A stretch of 64,000 nucleotides of DNA from an uncultured virus (IMG/VR IMGVR_UViG_3300047181_000007) (lineage: Duplodnaviria > Heunggongvirae > Uroviricota > Caudoviricetes), in the IMG/VR virus record IMGVR_UViG_3300047181_000007, one strand, 5' to 3'. The position numbers and the translations under genes were made by a program. Position 1 is the first letter of the stretch, and each line of letters begins with the position of its first letter. Shown one piece after another: positions 21,632 to 29,916 of this stretch. The notes under the pieces are model-generated. The model was given only the letters and a program-made list of their open reading frames with translations, did not search any database and had not been told where the DNA came from.

Positions 21632-22143
21632 ATGAGACACTAAAGATTGTGGAATATTTAGCAGCGGAAGGCGCACCATTTAATAACAGTAGAGCCGAGA
21701 CAATTGGGAAATATCTCAAGGACCTCTATGACGAAATGGGAAAACTCACTCCGCAGATTTTAGTTGACCACGCAATAGGTTCACCCGTTGAAGACATCTT
21801 CGATTGGAATAATATCAAGGCTGGCAATAGCTGGAGATTAGAACAAGCTAGACAAATCATCAACCATGTTCTAATAGTTATCCAAAATGGAGATGAAACA
21901 GTAACTAGAGCATTCCATAGTATTATAGTGGATGTCGTGAGTATCGAAGACCCTAACACTCTAAACAAGACAAGGATTTACAAGCCAACAATAGAGATAC
22001 TACAAAATCCCACAGAAACAAAATTGTTATTAGCCGATATTATCAAAATGTTAGTCAATATTGCAGATCGGTATCAGGTTTATGAGGAGCTGGCTCCTGT
22101 CTTCAAAGCAATCAACAAAGTAAGAAATAAGTATGGGATATAA
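21628..22143 (+). CDS. Conserved phage protein next to the pentamer array (putative accessory of the RAMP-like system)
   Basis: AE.IG..L......G.LTP..LVD.A...P...FDW....A...WRLEQARQII...RAF pattern; stop codon abuts the array. Confidence 0.75.
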   Translation: MNETLKIVEYLAAEGAPFNNSRAETIGKYLKDLYDEMGKLTPQILVDHAIGSPVEDIFDWNNIKAGNSWRLEQARQIINHVLIVIQNGDETVTRAFHSIIVDVVSIEDPNTLNKTRIYKPTIEILQNPTETKLLLADIIKMLVNIADRYQVYEELAPVFKAINKVRNKYGI

Positions 22144-22145
22144 CA

Positions 22146-22555
22146 TGCCAACCTGCTTCGGCTTATGTCACCGTGTATCATAGTGAGACACTTCTATCAA
22201 ATCTTATACAACCAAATCGTATCTATACTCTTCTGTTCTTGACGATTCAGGTCCCTTCGCAGCATCTCATCTCCCATCAAATGCAACCATATTGCATCAG
22301 TTCTCTACTTGGCACTTCCTAACCCCTTATTTCTCATCCTATGCAACCACTTCACGGCGACTTTTGTTCTTTCTTCTTCTTTCGATGCCTCACAATGCTA
22401 GGCAAATCGGATTGTATCTCTTCAAATTATATGCAACCCCATCATTTCACTGCTTGCCTTGCTACCTTCAATCGTATCTATTCCGATCACGTGCAACCAC
22501 GTTACTTCCGATCTGCGCTTACTCAATCTAGTCTGATTCCTTCTTTTCAAAACTA
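22146..22555 (+). ncRNA. 5-nt-periodic (NNY-NN)n array in about 6 units separated by RTRCAACC; candidate guide-RNA array
   Basis: From 22211 to 22550, 64 of 68 in-phase pentamers have a pyrimidine at position 3 (52 C); the 4 exceptions are the ATGCA/GTGCA separators; separators at 22206, 22281, 22341, 22431, 22491 (spacings 75, 60, 90, 60). Confidence 0.8.
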
Positions 22556-22578
22556 ACTATAAAATGGAGAAAATGAAA

Positions 22579-23223
22579 ATGGCAACCAAGAAAGTAACAA
22601 CGATAGACGAACCTGCGCCTATAGTAGTAAAGATTGTTAGAGTTCCATACAATCAAGCTACATTGCACATTGTAGGTACAAGACCTCTTCTGGTAGATCG
22701 TATGCCATATATACCAATAGATGGAAAGCTACCCAAGATGTCTGAAGAACAGAAATACCAAGCCTCATTTTATTGGATACCACCAGAAAATGGGGATGAA
22801 CCAAGACAGGGTTTTCCAGGCAAATCTATAAAGTCTGCTTGTATCAATGCTGCTAGATTTATACCTGGATTGCACATGACTACTGTGCGGGGATTGTTCT
22901 TTGTTGATGAAGGAAGAGAAGGACTTCTAGAAATCAAATGTCCTGGTGGTAAAATACTAACTCCAGTAAAAGATTGTCAGATGGTGCATAAACATGATGG
23001 CACTAGCATTGCTTCTGTTCGTGTTCGCTATGACGAATGGGGCTTCAACTTCAATGTTCGTTGGCAACCCACTATGACAAATCTTGATGCTATAATGTCC
23101 TTAGTAGATATTGCTGGCGAGAACATTGGTCTTGGATGTCGTAGACCTGAGAAGTCAGGGCAACAAGAATATGGCACATTCAAACTTATAGATACTCCAG
23201 TTGAGCAGTACTCAGGAGCCTAA
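22579..23223 (+). CDS. Stand-alone Cas7/RAMP-like protein (Vipr-like)
   Basis: L.I.GTRPLL, FPGKSIKSAC..AA, RY..W...F.V, AG..IGLG..RPEKSG..YG.F (RAMP Gly-rich loop); in-frame starts 22564/22573/22579. Confidence 0.75.
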   Translation: MATKKVTTIDEPAPIVVKIVRVPYNQATLHIVGTRPLLVDRMPYIPIDGKLPKMSEEQKYQASFYWIPPENGDEPRQGFPGKSIKSACINAARFIPGLHMTTVRGLFFVDEGREGLLEIKCPGGKILTPVKDCQMVHKHDGTSIASVRVRYDEWGFNFNVRWQPTMTNLDAIMSLVDIAGENIGLGCRRPEKSGQQEYGTFKLIDTPVEQYSGA

Positions 23224-23502
23224 ATGATCTTAGAATCTCTGGATGTTGAATATAAGGAAAAGGGCAGCAAGCACGTCTATCTTGTGGTCATTGGCAAAGA
23301 AGAAAGTGAACAATTTGTGGAAGTTATCGGTGTATCTGCTGTTAGCGAAGAAGATTGTCTTAGACAATGTGGGGGCAAGAGAAAGGTTTTCAAGATTACA
23401 CCTCTCTTTCACATGCTAGAAAGTCTTGAGATGGAAAGTGCACTGGAAGATATGGCACCATTTACGGGATACGGAGGAAAGAATGAAGCTGGACTCCATT
23501 GA
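23224..23502 (+). CDS. Hypothetical protein
   Basis: 92-aa ORF immediately after the RAMP-like gene. Confidence 0.55.
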   Translation: MILESLDVEYKEKGSKHVYLVVIGKEESEQFVEVIGVSAVSEEDCLRQCGGKRKVFKITPLFHMLESLEMESALEDMAPFTGYGGKNEAGLH

Positions 23503-23743
23503 TGATATTGTACTAAAAGGAATATGGGAGGGGAAGAGCATCCTTGAAATCTGTAAGAACGCTGATCGTGCTCCTGCTGCTATACACTATAGGCTCAAAG
23601 AGCTTGAAAGAAATGGTTATATCACACCACCGCCTAAACCAAACATGGCTCGCAGCAGGAAGGTAACACAATCAGGAGAGAACTACTTGGTTGGTAATGG
23701 GCTGATACCTATGACTGATAGAATATTCTCTAATCCAAGGTGA
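23483..23743 (+). CDS. Winged-HTH transcription regulator (LexA/ArsR-like)
   Basis: SILEIC......AAIHYRLKELERNGYI......ARSRKVT; GGAGG RBS. Confidence 0.8.
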   Translation: MKLDSIDDIVLKGIWEGKSILEICKNADRAPAAIHYRLKELERNGYITPPPKPNMARSRKVTQSGENYLVGNGLIPMTDRIFSNPR

Positions 23744-23747
23744 TAAA

Positions 23748-24173
23748 ATGGTCAATGAAATGCATGATTTAGATGTAGAAATATCAGCGATTACAGTAAA
23801 TTTGAAGGCTGAGCATCACAAGGCTCTCGCTAGTGGCAGTGAATGGAATTTGTGTGCCTCGGATAAGCAGCTATTTGGATTGAATGGATTGCTACGTCAG
23901 GGCATGAAGGATACTGATAGAAGAACACGCCTCAGTATCCTAAAGATAATCACAGGGCAAGCCGTGGCTGATTGTCTTGGTATCAGAGAGATAGTTTCGT
24001 CACGTAACCTGTCCGCTCCTATGATTAGTGTACTCATTAATCTACTTCGAGAACCAGAAAGCTCGCCTTGGAGGTTATCAGATTATGGACGGTGGCTCAT
24101 TAGCGCAACAGAGGCGAAAGCTGAAATTCTCCTTGGTCAGCTCCAGCTCCCAAGTATGCCCGATATGCGGTAA
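23748..24173 (+). CDS. Hypothetical protein
   Basis: 141-aa ORF. Confidence 0.6.
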   Translation: MVNEMHDLDVEISAITVNLKAEHHKALASGSEWNLCASDKQLFGLNGLLRQGMKDTDRRTRLSILKIITGQAVADCLGIREIVSSRNLSAPMISVLINLLREPESSPWRLSDYGRWLISATEAKAEILLGQLQLPSMPDMR

Positions 24174-24495
24174 GCGTATTCATACCAAAGATGTAGTCGG
24201 TTTGGATATGCACGAGGTATTTATTACCAGAGGCGATGTAGCAGGGAACGAGGAGTTGATGTCAAAGATTATGCAGCCTTGGAACTGTGTACTAGTACAC
24301 CATGGTGTCTGCCACGAGAGAGCTGCCACTACTGAAGGGCAGACATTCTGTATAAGGTATCTACTCAAGAAGGTGGGCTTCATTACCATAATGCAAGAGC
24401 TAGCGGACCTAGACGAAGCAATGAAGGGGCGCCAAGCCAGGGATGCAATGCGCCTTGCAAGTGACATTTACAGTGAGGAAAGAGAAAATGGCTAG
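24085..24495 (+). CDS. HNH-like zinc-binding protein
   Basis: CPICG...DMHE...NCVLVH..CH; GGAGG RBS at 24070. Confidence 0.6.
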   Translation: MDGGSLAQQRRKLKFSLVSSSSQVCPICGKRIHTKDVVGLDMHEVFITRGDVAGNEELMSKIMQPWNCVLVHHGVCHERAATTEGQTFCIRYLLKKVGFITIMQELADLDEAMKGRQARDAMRLASDIYSEERENG

Positions 24496-24691
24496 AATCC
24501 ATAAACCTAAAATGGAGATACATCTAAGGGAAACAATAGATGGTCTAGTACCTACTGAGTTTATTATCGAAGGTGTGAGCGTACCATGCACTAAAATTCA
24601 CATGAATCTTGCTGCCAACGATCCTGGCGAAATGGTACTTTACATCAGTATGTATCGTATAGACATTATAATCGAAAAGGGGTATGAATAA
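24488..24691 (+). CDS. Hypothetical protein
   Basis: MARIHKPK... short ORF. Confidence 0.5.
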   Translation: MARIHKPKMEIHLRETIDGLVPTEFIIEGVSVPCTKIHMNLAANDPGEMVLYISMYRIDIIIEKGYE

Positions 24692-24710
24692 AGTAACATG
24701 ACAGCAATAG

Positions 24711-24836
24711 AGCCTAGCAGGATGTACCTTACCGTAAAGACAGTATGCCTAGATAGTATACTGTGGTCATCCCGATTGGGATAATTTGGATGGCTAAATG
24801 CTAAGAATGTCAGCACGTGCTGAGACTGCTAAGGCT
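24711..24836 (+). ncRNA. Candidate structured ncRNA (multi-stem junction)
   Basis: Closing stem AGCCTAGCAG/CTGCT(A)AGGCT; internal stems 24740-48/24756-64 and 24765-72/24788-95; palindrome 24810-23; no ORF of 60 aa or more. Confidence 0.5.
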
Positions 24837-24849
24837 TGGAATAAGCAAT

Positions 24850-25005
24850 GGTTGGATGGCGTTGTGGTAGGGACACAAAGGGAAATCAGTCGGGGTCGTT
24901 GGGCAATGCCCTCGTTATTACCTATCCCCTTCCCGTGTGGCACTGACTGTAATCGGGACATCAGGTGACTTCACAGTTACTGCGTCAAATCCTGACCACC
25001 CAACC
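24850..25005 (+). ncRNA. Candidate tRNA-like structured RNA with insertions
   Basis: Terminal stem GGTTGGATGG/CCACCCAACC, D-loop-like TGGTA, T-arm-like TCAGG...TCAAATCCTGA, long internal hairpin 24873-24938. Confidence 0.5.
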
Positions 25006-25040
25006 TACATATTCCATCTAATAGAAATGGAGAGTGAGAA

Positions 25041-25328
25041 ATGAGCGATGAATTGAAATCAACTGAACCCCTCAATAATTATAGGTTAGTTGATGGTCAT
25101 ATCTACGTTAGGATTGGCTCGGATTGGGACGAGATTTATAAAGAGCGCGATGCTCTCCGCAATCAGTTGGAGATTGCGGTGGAGGCAATAAAAGATGCTT
25201 CTGCAAGAGCAAATGGTTTACGAGATAATCCCAATATACCACCCCCAATGTATCAACTAATAAATCTTATGGCAGATAAACTCAATGATGCCCTTGCCGA
25301 AATCGAGAAGATTGGAGAAAAGAAATGA
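25041..25328 (+). CDS. Hypothetical coiled-coil protein
   Basis: ERDALRNQLEIAVEAI...DALAEIE. Confidence 0.65.
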   Translation: MSDELKSTEPLNNYRLVDGHIYVRIGSDWDEIYKERDALRNQLEIAVEAIKDASARANGLRDNPNIPPPMYQLINLMADKLNDALAEIEKIGEKK

Positions 25329-25888
25329 GTGAGACATGGATTACTAGCGATCAACATTTTCACCATGCCAATATCATCGAGTATTGCCATAGACCGTATC
25401 AAAATGCTACCGAGATGGACAATGACCTCATAGTCCAATGGAACAAGAGAGTGTATCCCGATGATACTGTGTATCATCTTGGAGACTTGACACTCAAGAA
25501 CTCTATAGCAGATGTCATCTTCCAACTGAACGGGAATATTCGTATTCTAAGTACACCCTGGCACCATGACAGGAACTGGCTGAAGACCCTAGCCACAAAA
25601 CAGCTAGTCGAGTTTGGGAAGATTGAGTTACTGGATAGTATTGTGGTTCTCGATGACAAGATCAAGTATTCTGTGCCTATCATTTTGTGCCACTATGCCT
25701 TTGAAATATGGGATAGAAAACACTACGACTCGATTCACTTCCACGGTCATTCTCATGGAGAGTTGCACCGTATCCATAATAGACTAGATGTTGGTGTAGA
25801 TATGGCGTATAAACTGCTAGGCTACTACAGTCCATTCTCGCTACACGAAGCTATCTCACTAGCAAATGGATATTACGAAGGAGATTGA
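25325..25888 (+). CDS. Calcineurin-like metallophosphoesterase
   Basis: TSDQHFHH, YHLGD, HHD, LCHY, HFHGHSH, DVGVD. Confidence 0.92.
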   Translation: MSETWITSDQHFHHANIIEYCHRPYQNATEMDNDLIVQWNKRVYPDDTVYHLGDLTLKNSIADVIFQLNGNIRILSTPWHHDRNWLKTLATKQLVEFGKIELLDSIVVLDDKIKYSVPIILCHYAFEIWDRKHYDSIHFHGHSHGELHRIHNRLDVGVDMAYKLLGYYSPFSLHEAISLANGYYEGD

Positions 25889-25889
25889 C

Positions 25890-26456
25890 ATGGATTTTAT
25901 TCCAGAACAGTCCAGTGAAAGTAAACAAGTTCCCTATTATGAACAGGCGACCTCAGCTGAAGGCTGGCAGGGGCAGTCTACCCAAAAGACTCTCACAGCC
26001 CTGCGTTCTGAGATTACACAGTCGATCAGTCGGCTTGGAGGATTAGTGATGGGCTTCCAAAGAGGCACATTCCAAGGTACAGAAGAAGAACGGGAAGGCT
26101 TCCGCATTCATTATACTGTTGAGGCTTCCGATGGTCGGCAAGTACCTGGACGCATTGACATTGCTGCTCTACCTATCGACCCCACAATCAACTGGAATCG
26201 TGCAGACAAATCCAAGCACAAAGAATCATCGCTCAAGATGGCTCTCTATATGCTTAGAGTAGCCTTGGATGGCACATGGTTCTTACAGCAGCTCAGTCCT
26301 GGTTATGCAGCTCTTGTGCCTTTTATGTTGGGTCCAGGTAAGAAAACGATCTCTGAACTATGGACTGAGAGCTCTATTATGAACAACCTTCTACCTCCAG
26401 GTGATGATGGAGACTTTATTGAAGGAGAGATAATCAATAACAAGGAGAATAAATGA
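25890..26456 (+). CDS. Hypothetical protein
   Basis: ORF with GGAG RBS; S...I...LG, LVPFML..G.T..E. Confidence 0.7.
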   Translation: MDFIPEQSSESKQVPYYEQATSAEGWQGQSTQKTLTALRSEITQSISRLGGLVMGFQRGTFQGTEEEREGFRIHYTVEASDGRQVPGRIDIAALPIDPTINWNRADKSKHKESSLKMALYMLRVALDGTWFLQQLSPGYAALVPFMLGPGKKTISELWTESSIMNNLLPPGDDGDFIEGEIINNKENK

Positions 26457-27439
26457 AACTAATCTATTTTATACTAGTAGTATTTCTTGTTGCTTTAGCC
26501 CTTGTCGCAGTGGGAACAAGGAAAGCAAGCGCAGATGATATAAACTGCCCGACAGACACTCCAACCAGCACGCCGATCACTCCAACCCCTACCGATACAC
26601 CAGTGCCCCCTTCCCCTACACCAACTGACACGGAGATTCCAAGTGCAACGCCAACTGATACTCCAACGGAAATACCAACGCTTACAGCAACGCCGACTAG
26701 CACATCAACGGACGTTCCTACAGATACACCAACGCAGACTCCTACAGATACAGCAACAGATACTCCAGAGGCAACTCCAACGTTTACTACAACTGCTAGT
26801 CCCACAGATACGCCAGCTAATACACCAACTAGCACACCCATCACAAACACCCCAACCATAACACAGACTAAAGACCCACGTACTGAGACACCCACCATCA
26901 CTCCTAGTGATACCCCTGTTACTCCGACAGATACACCTACTCCAGTTTATACACCTTCTACGACTTCTACACCGACACGACCTTCTGCGACAGAGACACC
27001 TTATCCACCTCAACCAGCTATAGCCGCTATGCACAACCTTCCGTATCCGAGTTCGCAAATAGGTGTGATGAGCCTAAGTAACTATGAATATCAGCTTTAT
27101 CTAGGCGTGAATGCTCCTGATGGTTCCCTAATGCTCCCCAATATTGAGCGCAGTGCAGCTGTCTATCAAAACACAATATGGGTACACCGTATTTGGGAAG
27201 ATGACTGGCTTAGGGTTCGAGCTGGAGATACCATAACTATTACCATGCCTAACGACAAAGCACATACCTACAAGGTTGTCAATAGCATATATATTGCCTA
27301 TGGTGTATACCCTGAAGCAGACCGCAGAGGCAGTCCTTACCAGTATATCGCATCTTGTTATTCAGACTCTCAGGGTTGGAAAGGTGTGATATTATATCAA
27401 TTACAACCAATTAGAAATTCTCGTTCACATGCAAAATAA
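26453..27439 (+). CDS. Secreted or membrane-anchored protein: signal/TM, Pro/Thr-rich linker, sortase-like C-terminal domain
   Basis: Hydrophobic N-terminus, (TPTDTP)n, then WVHR...AGDTITI...YKVV...YIASCY. Confidence 0.65.
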   Translation: MKLIYFILVVFLVALALVAVGTRKASADDINCPTDTPTSTPITPTPTDTPVPPSPTPTDTEIPSATPTDTPTEIPTLTATPTSTSTDVPTDTPTQTPTDTATDTPEATPTFTTTASPTDTPANTPTSTPITNTPTITQTKDPRTETPTITPSDTPVTPTDTPTPVYTPSTTSTPTRPSATETPYPPQPAIAAMHNLPYPSSQIGVMSLSNYEYQLYLGVNAPDGSLMLPNIERSAAVYQNTIWVHRIWEDDWLRVRAGDTITITMPNDKAHTYKVVNSIYIAYGVYPEADRRGSPYQYIASCYSDSQGWKGVILYQLQPIRNSRSHAK

Positions 27440-27466
27440 AACTATAAACTAAATGGAGAAGATAAA

Positions 27467-27685
27467 ATGAATACGATCAGAATAGCAAACAAGCAAGGCG
27501 ATACTCCCTATACGTATGACCCCGAAACACAATTGGAAGAAGCCCGTGAGCAGTTCGATGAGCTCAAGAAGCAGGGCTATATGCTCTTTGGCGTTGACCC
27601 CGAAACCCATGAGACTACACAACTTGACCAGCTCTTCAAAGAACACGTTCAGATCGTAGCAATTCCACAAATATCTGGAGGCTGA
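27467..27685 (+). CDS. Small ubiquitin/MoaD-like protein ending in GG (copy 1)
   Basis: GD...YDP......A...FD.L.K.GY..F...IVAIPQISGG; paralogue of 32222-32449. Confidence 0.65.
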   Translation: MNTIRIANKQGDTPYTYDPETQLEEAREQFDELKKQGYMLFGVDPETHETTQLDQLFKEHVQIVAIPQISGG

Positions 27686-27686
27686 T

Positions 27687-27890
27687 ATGTTCCTTGACGA
27701 CCCAAGAAACCTTACTTGGAAATGTCATATCTGTGGTAAGGAAAGACCAGATACTGCTATCTCGGTCTACAAGAAACCGTTCTATCTTCATGGACAACTG
27801 GTGGGAGAGCAGAACATTCGCTACTGCAACGATAATCCCGACTGCTATAAAGGAGCCATGGAGTTTAGTTTTATAAAGAAAGAGAGCTAA
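27687..27890 (+). CDS. Small Cys-rich protein
   Basis: WKCHICG.ERPD...NIRYCND..DC. Confidence 0.65.
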   Translation: MFLDDPRNLTWKCHICGKERPDTAISVYKKPFYLHGQLVGEQNIRYCNDNPDCYKGAMEFSFIKKES

Positions 27891-27903
27891 AAGGAGTAAC
27901 CCT

Positions 27904-28902
27904 ATGCCTCTCATAGCGGTCAATGTAACCATCCATGGCGAGACTGGTGTTGAGGCTGAGCACACCTTCAATACAAACGCCTCTGCTGCCCATTTTATTA
28001 CAGAACACCAGCTTGTCCCTGAAGAGCGTGAGCGGAGATTGATTCATACTGAACCATTCTCAATAGGAGTGACCTATGATAGTCCCCTACATGAGCAGGA
28101 ATATGTAGACACTATTATCTGTAGAACCTGGGCATCTTTCGAGCGACATATAACTCAGCATGAGCTAGATTCAAGATGGAGAAGACTTGTAGCTATTGAT
28201 AATATGGAACCCTATCCTCCTGAGTACCCATATTATCCTGGTGGTATGCGTGGCGGTGCCTCGTTCCCTGGTGTGGCTGGTCATCAGCACGAAATACGAG
28301 CAGATATATCTGATTATAATGGGCGTATGGAAACAGTAACTCCTGGTATAGCTAGTATGGGTGCAGAGATTGCTTCGTATGAAGACGCTTCAAGGGATAT
28401 ATGGCGAGCGAATTGGCATCCAGCAGACCAGAGTCCAAATACAGCTAGGGCTGAGCAACAAGACTTAGATCGCTTCAATATGGGATGTTTAGAATCATAT
28501 CTAGGTATTGGCTACTCAGAGCGGGAGGAGAAGCGTAGACAGGAAATAAACGAGTCTCTTCAAAGAGCAGAGTCGCTTCTTAATGCCTGTCTTACAACTC
28601 AGGAAGCTGTTGAGCTTTCTCAACTTGGCACTATCACAATAGATACACCCCTTGGTCTATTCAGAATAGGTGTTGCTGGTAAGGGCTTCTCAGCACCATC
28701 GTTCAATGTGCTACACAAAGGCAGGAATTGCTGTCTGGTAATCAAAGAGAGAGGTATGATGCTAGAACTACCACACTATGACCATATTGCGATGCAAGTC
28801 CTACTTATAAAGACTAACCCCACAAAATTTCTACAAGAAGCTAATCAACAAGGTGACAGAGATGGTTTTAGACGAGCTTTCTACATGCAAAGACAGCCTT
28901 GA
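27904..28902 (+). CDS. Partner of the GG-ending protein (copy 1), with a conserved Cys/Asp C-terminal domain
   Basis: RAESLL..L...CCL...LP.YD...Q.L.....KFLQEAN; domain shared with 32450-33100. Confidence 0.7.
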   Translation: MPLIAVNVTIHGETGVEAEHTFNTNASAAHFITEHQLVPEERERRLIHTEPFSIGVTYDSPLHEQEYVDTIICRTWASFERHITQHELDSRWRRLVAIDNMEPYPPEYPYYPGGMRGGASFPGVAGHQHEIRADISDYNGRMETVTPGIASMGAEIASYEDASRDIWRANWHPADQSPNTARAEQQDLDRFNMGCLESYLGIGYSEREEKRRQEINESLQRAESLLNACLTTQEAVELSQLGTITIDTPLGLFRIGVAGKGFSAPSFNVLHKGRNCCLVIKERGMMLELPHYDHIAMQVLLIKTNPTKFLQEANQQGDRDGFRRAFYMQRQP

Positions 28903-29916
28903 GCTGGCAATTGAAGAGGACATCACTAAGAGAATAAAAGCCTTCAAAGAAGAGACAGGCTGTGATATTAGTGATATATCTATTAGTATGCGCCGCTACA
29001 AAGAGTTCGGATGGAAAGGCGCACTGAATATTGTGCAGAATGTCACAGTTGAGTTGACATACAAGGAGCTAACAATACGATGACAGCCGCAGCCGCCAAG
29101 AAAGAACGTCTTACCATGTACAGTTTGCAAGACAAGTTGGTCAAGCATGGCTTCCAACTTGTTGAGCCAGGAGATGTAACTACCTTTGCTCAACGTGGCA
29201 AGACTGTAGTGTGTGTGTTTACAGACGAAAAGAACAAGAGCTTCTGGACATCCATGTACTGGCACACCATGAATGCAGATAAGAGGCTAAAGAGTTTCAT
29301 TAGTAGTATCACTAAGTCTGGTATTGACTTCACCAGCGGTGGTAAGATAATCCCACGGACCCTTGAGCCAGATTACAAGTTCTTAGGGTATCCCATAGCC
29401 ACTACAGTGATTGCGTTCTTTAGAAATCAGGGAGGTTAGTTATGAAAATGATAAATCTGCTTAGAGAAGTAGTCCTAGCCTATGATGAATTTATGTTATC
29501 AGATATGGACACACATATCACTAATCCTAGCTGGCTAAGACTAACAGAGGCTATACACCGAGTAAGAATATACTTTCGGGAACAACGAAACGAGATTGTT
29601 GCTGGAGGAAAACGCAATGGATAGTGACGGTTATCCAACCGAGGATCTGTTAGAAGAAATCCGTAAGTGGGATGCCACGGACTTCATAGGGCTGATGACT
29701 TATATCAAGCCACTATGGAAGTACGCTAACTCTGGCTACTGGTCTGTTCGTGGACACTACTATCACCTATCTACTGCTGGATGGAGTGGCAATGAAAGTA
29801 TAATTGGTGCCATGCAAAACAACCATATCTGGTGGGCACTGTATGCCTGGTCATGGCGTGTGGGTGGTCACTATGTATTCAGATACCGAAAGATAAAGAA
29901 GGCAACCAATGGGTGA
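28853..29916 (+). other. Four hypothetical CDS (28853-29083, 29080-29439, 29442-29624, 29617-29916)
   Basis: Coupled ORFs; the last has the phage-type motif STAGWSGNE.II. Confidence 0.6.

Noticed and set aside
22211..22550. Self-target of the decoded array within this window
   Set aside because: Spot checks by eye found no convincing match; a computational gapped search is needed
22146..22555. CRISPR array, or protein-coding ORFs 22292-22531 and 22341-22556
   Set aside because: The conserved separator is only about 8 nt and spacing varies from 60 to 90 nt; the periodicity is 5 rather than 3, and the ORFs lack an RBS and protein-like composition
26464..27058. Val/Gly-rich antisense ORF and alternative-frame ORFs
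   Set aside because: Shadows of the Pro/Thr repeat coding sequence
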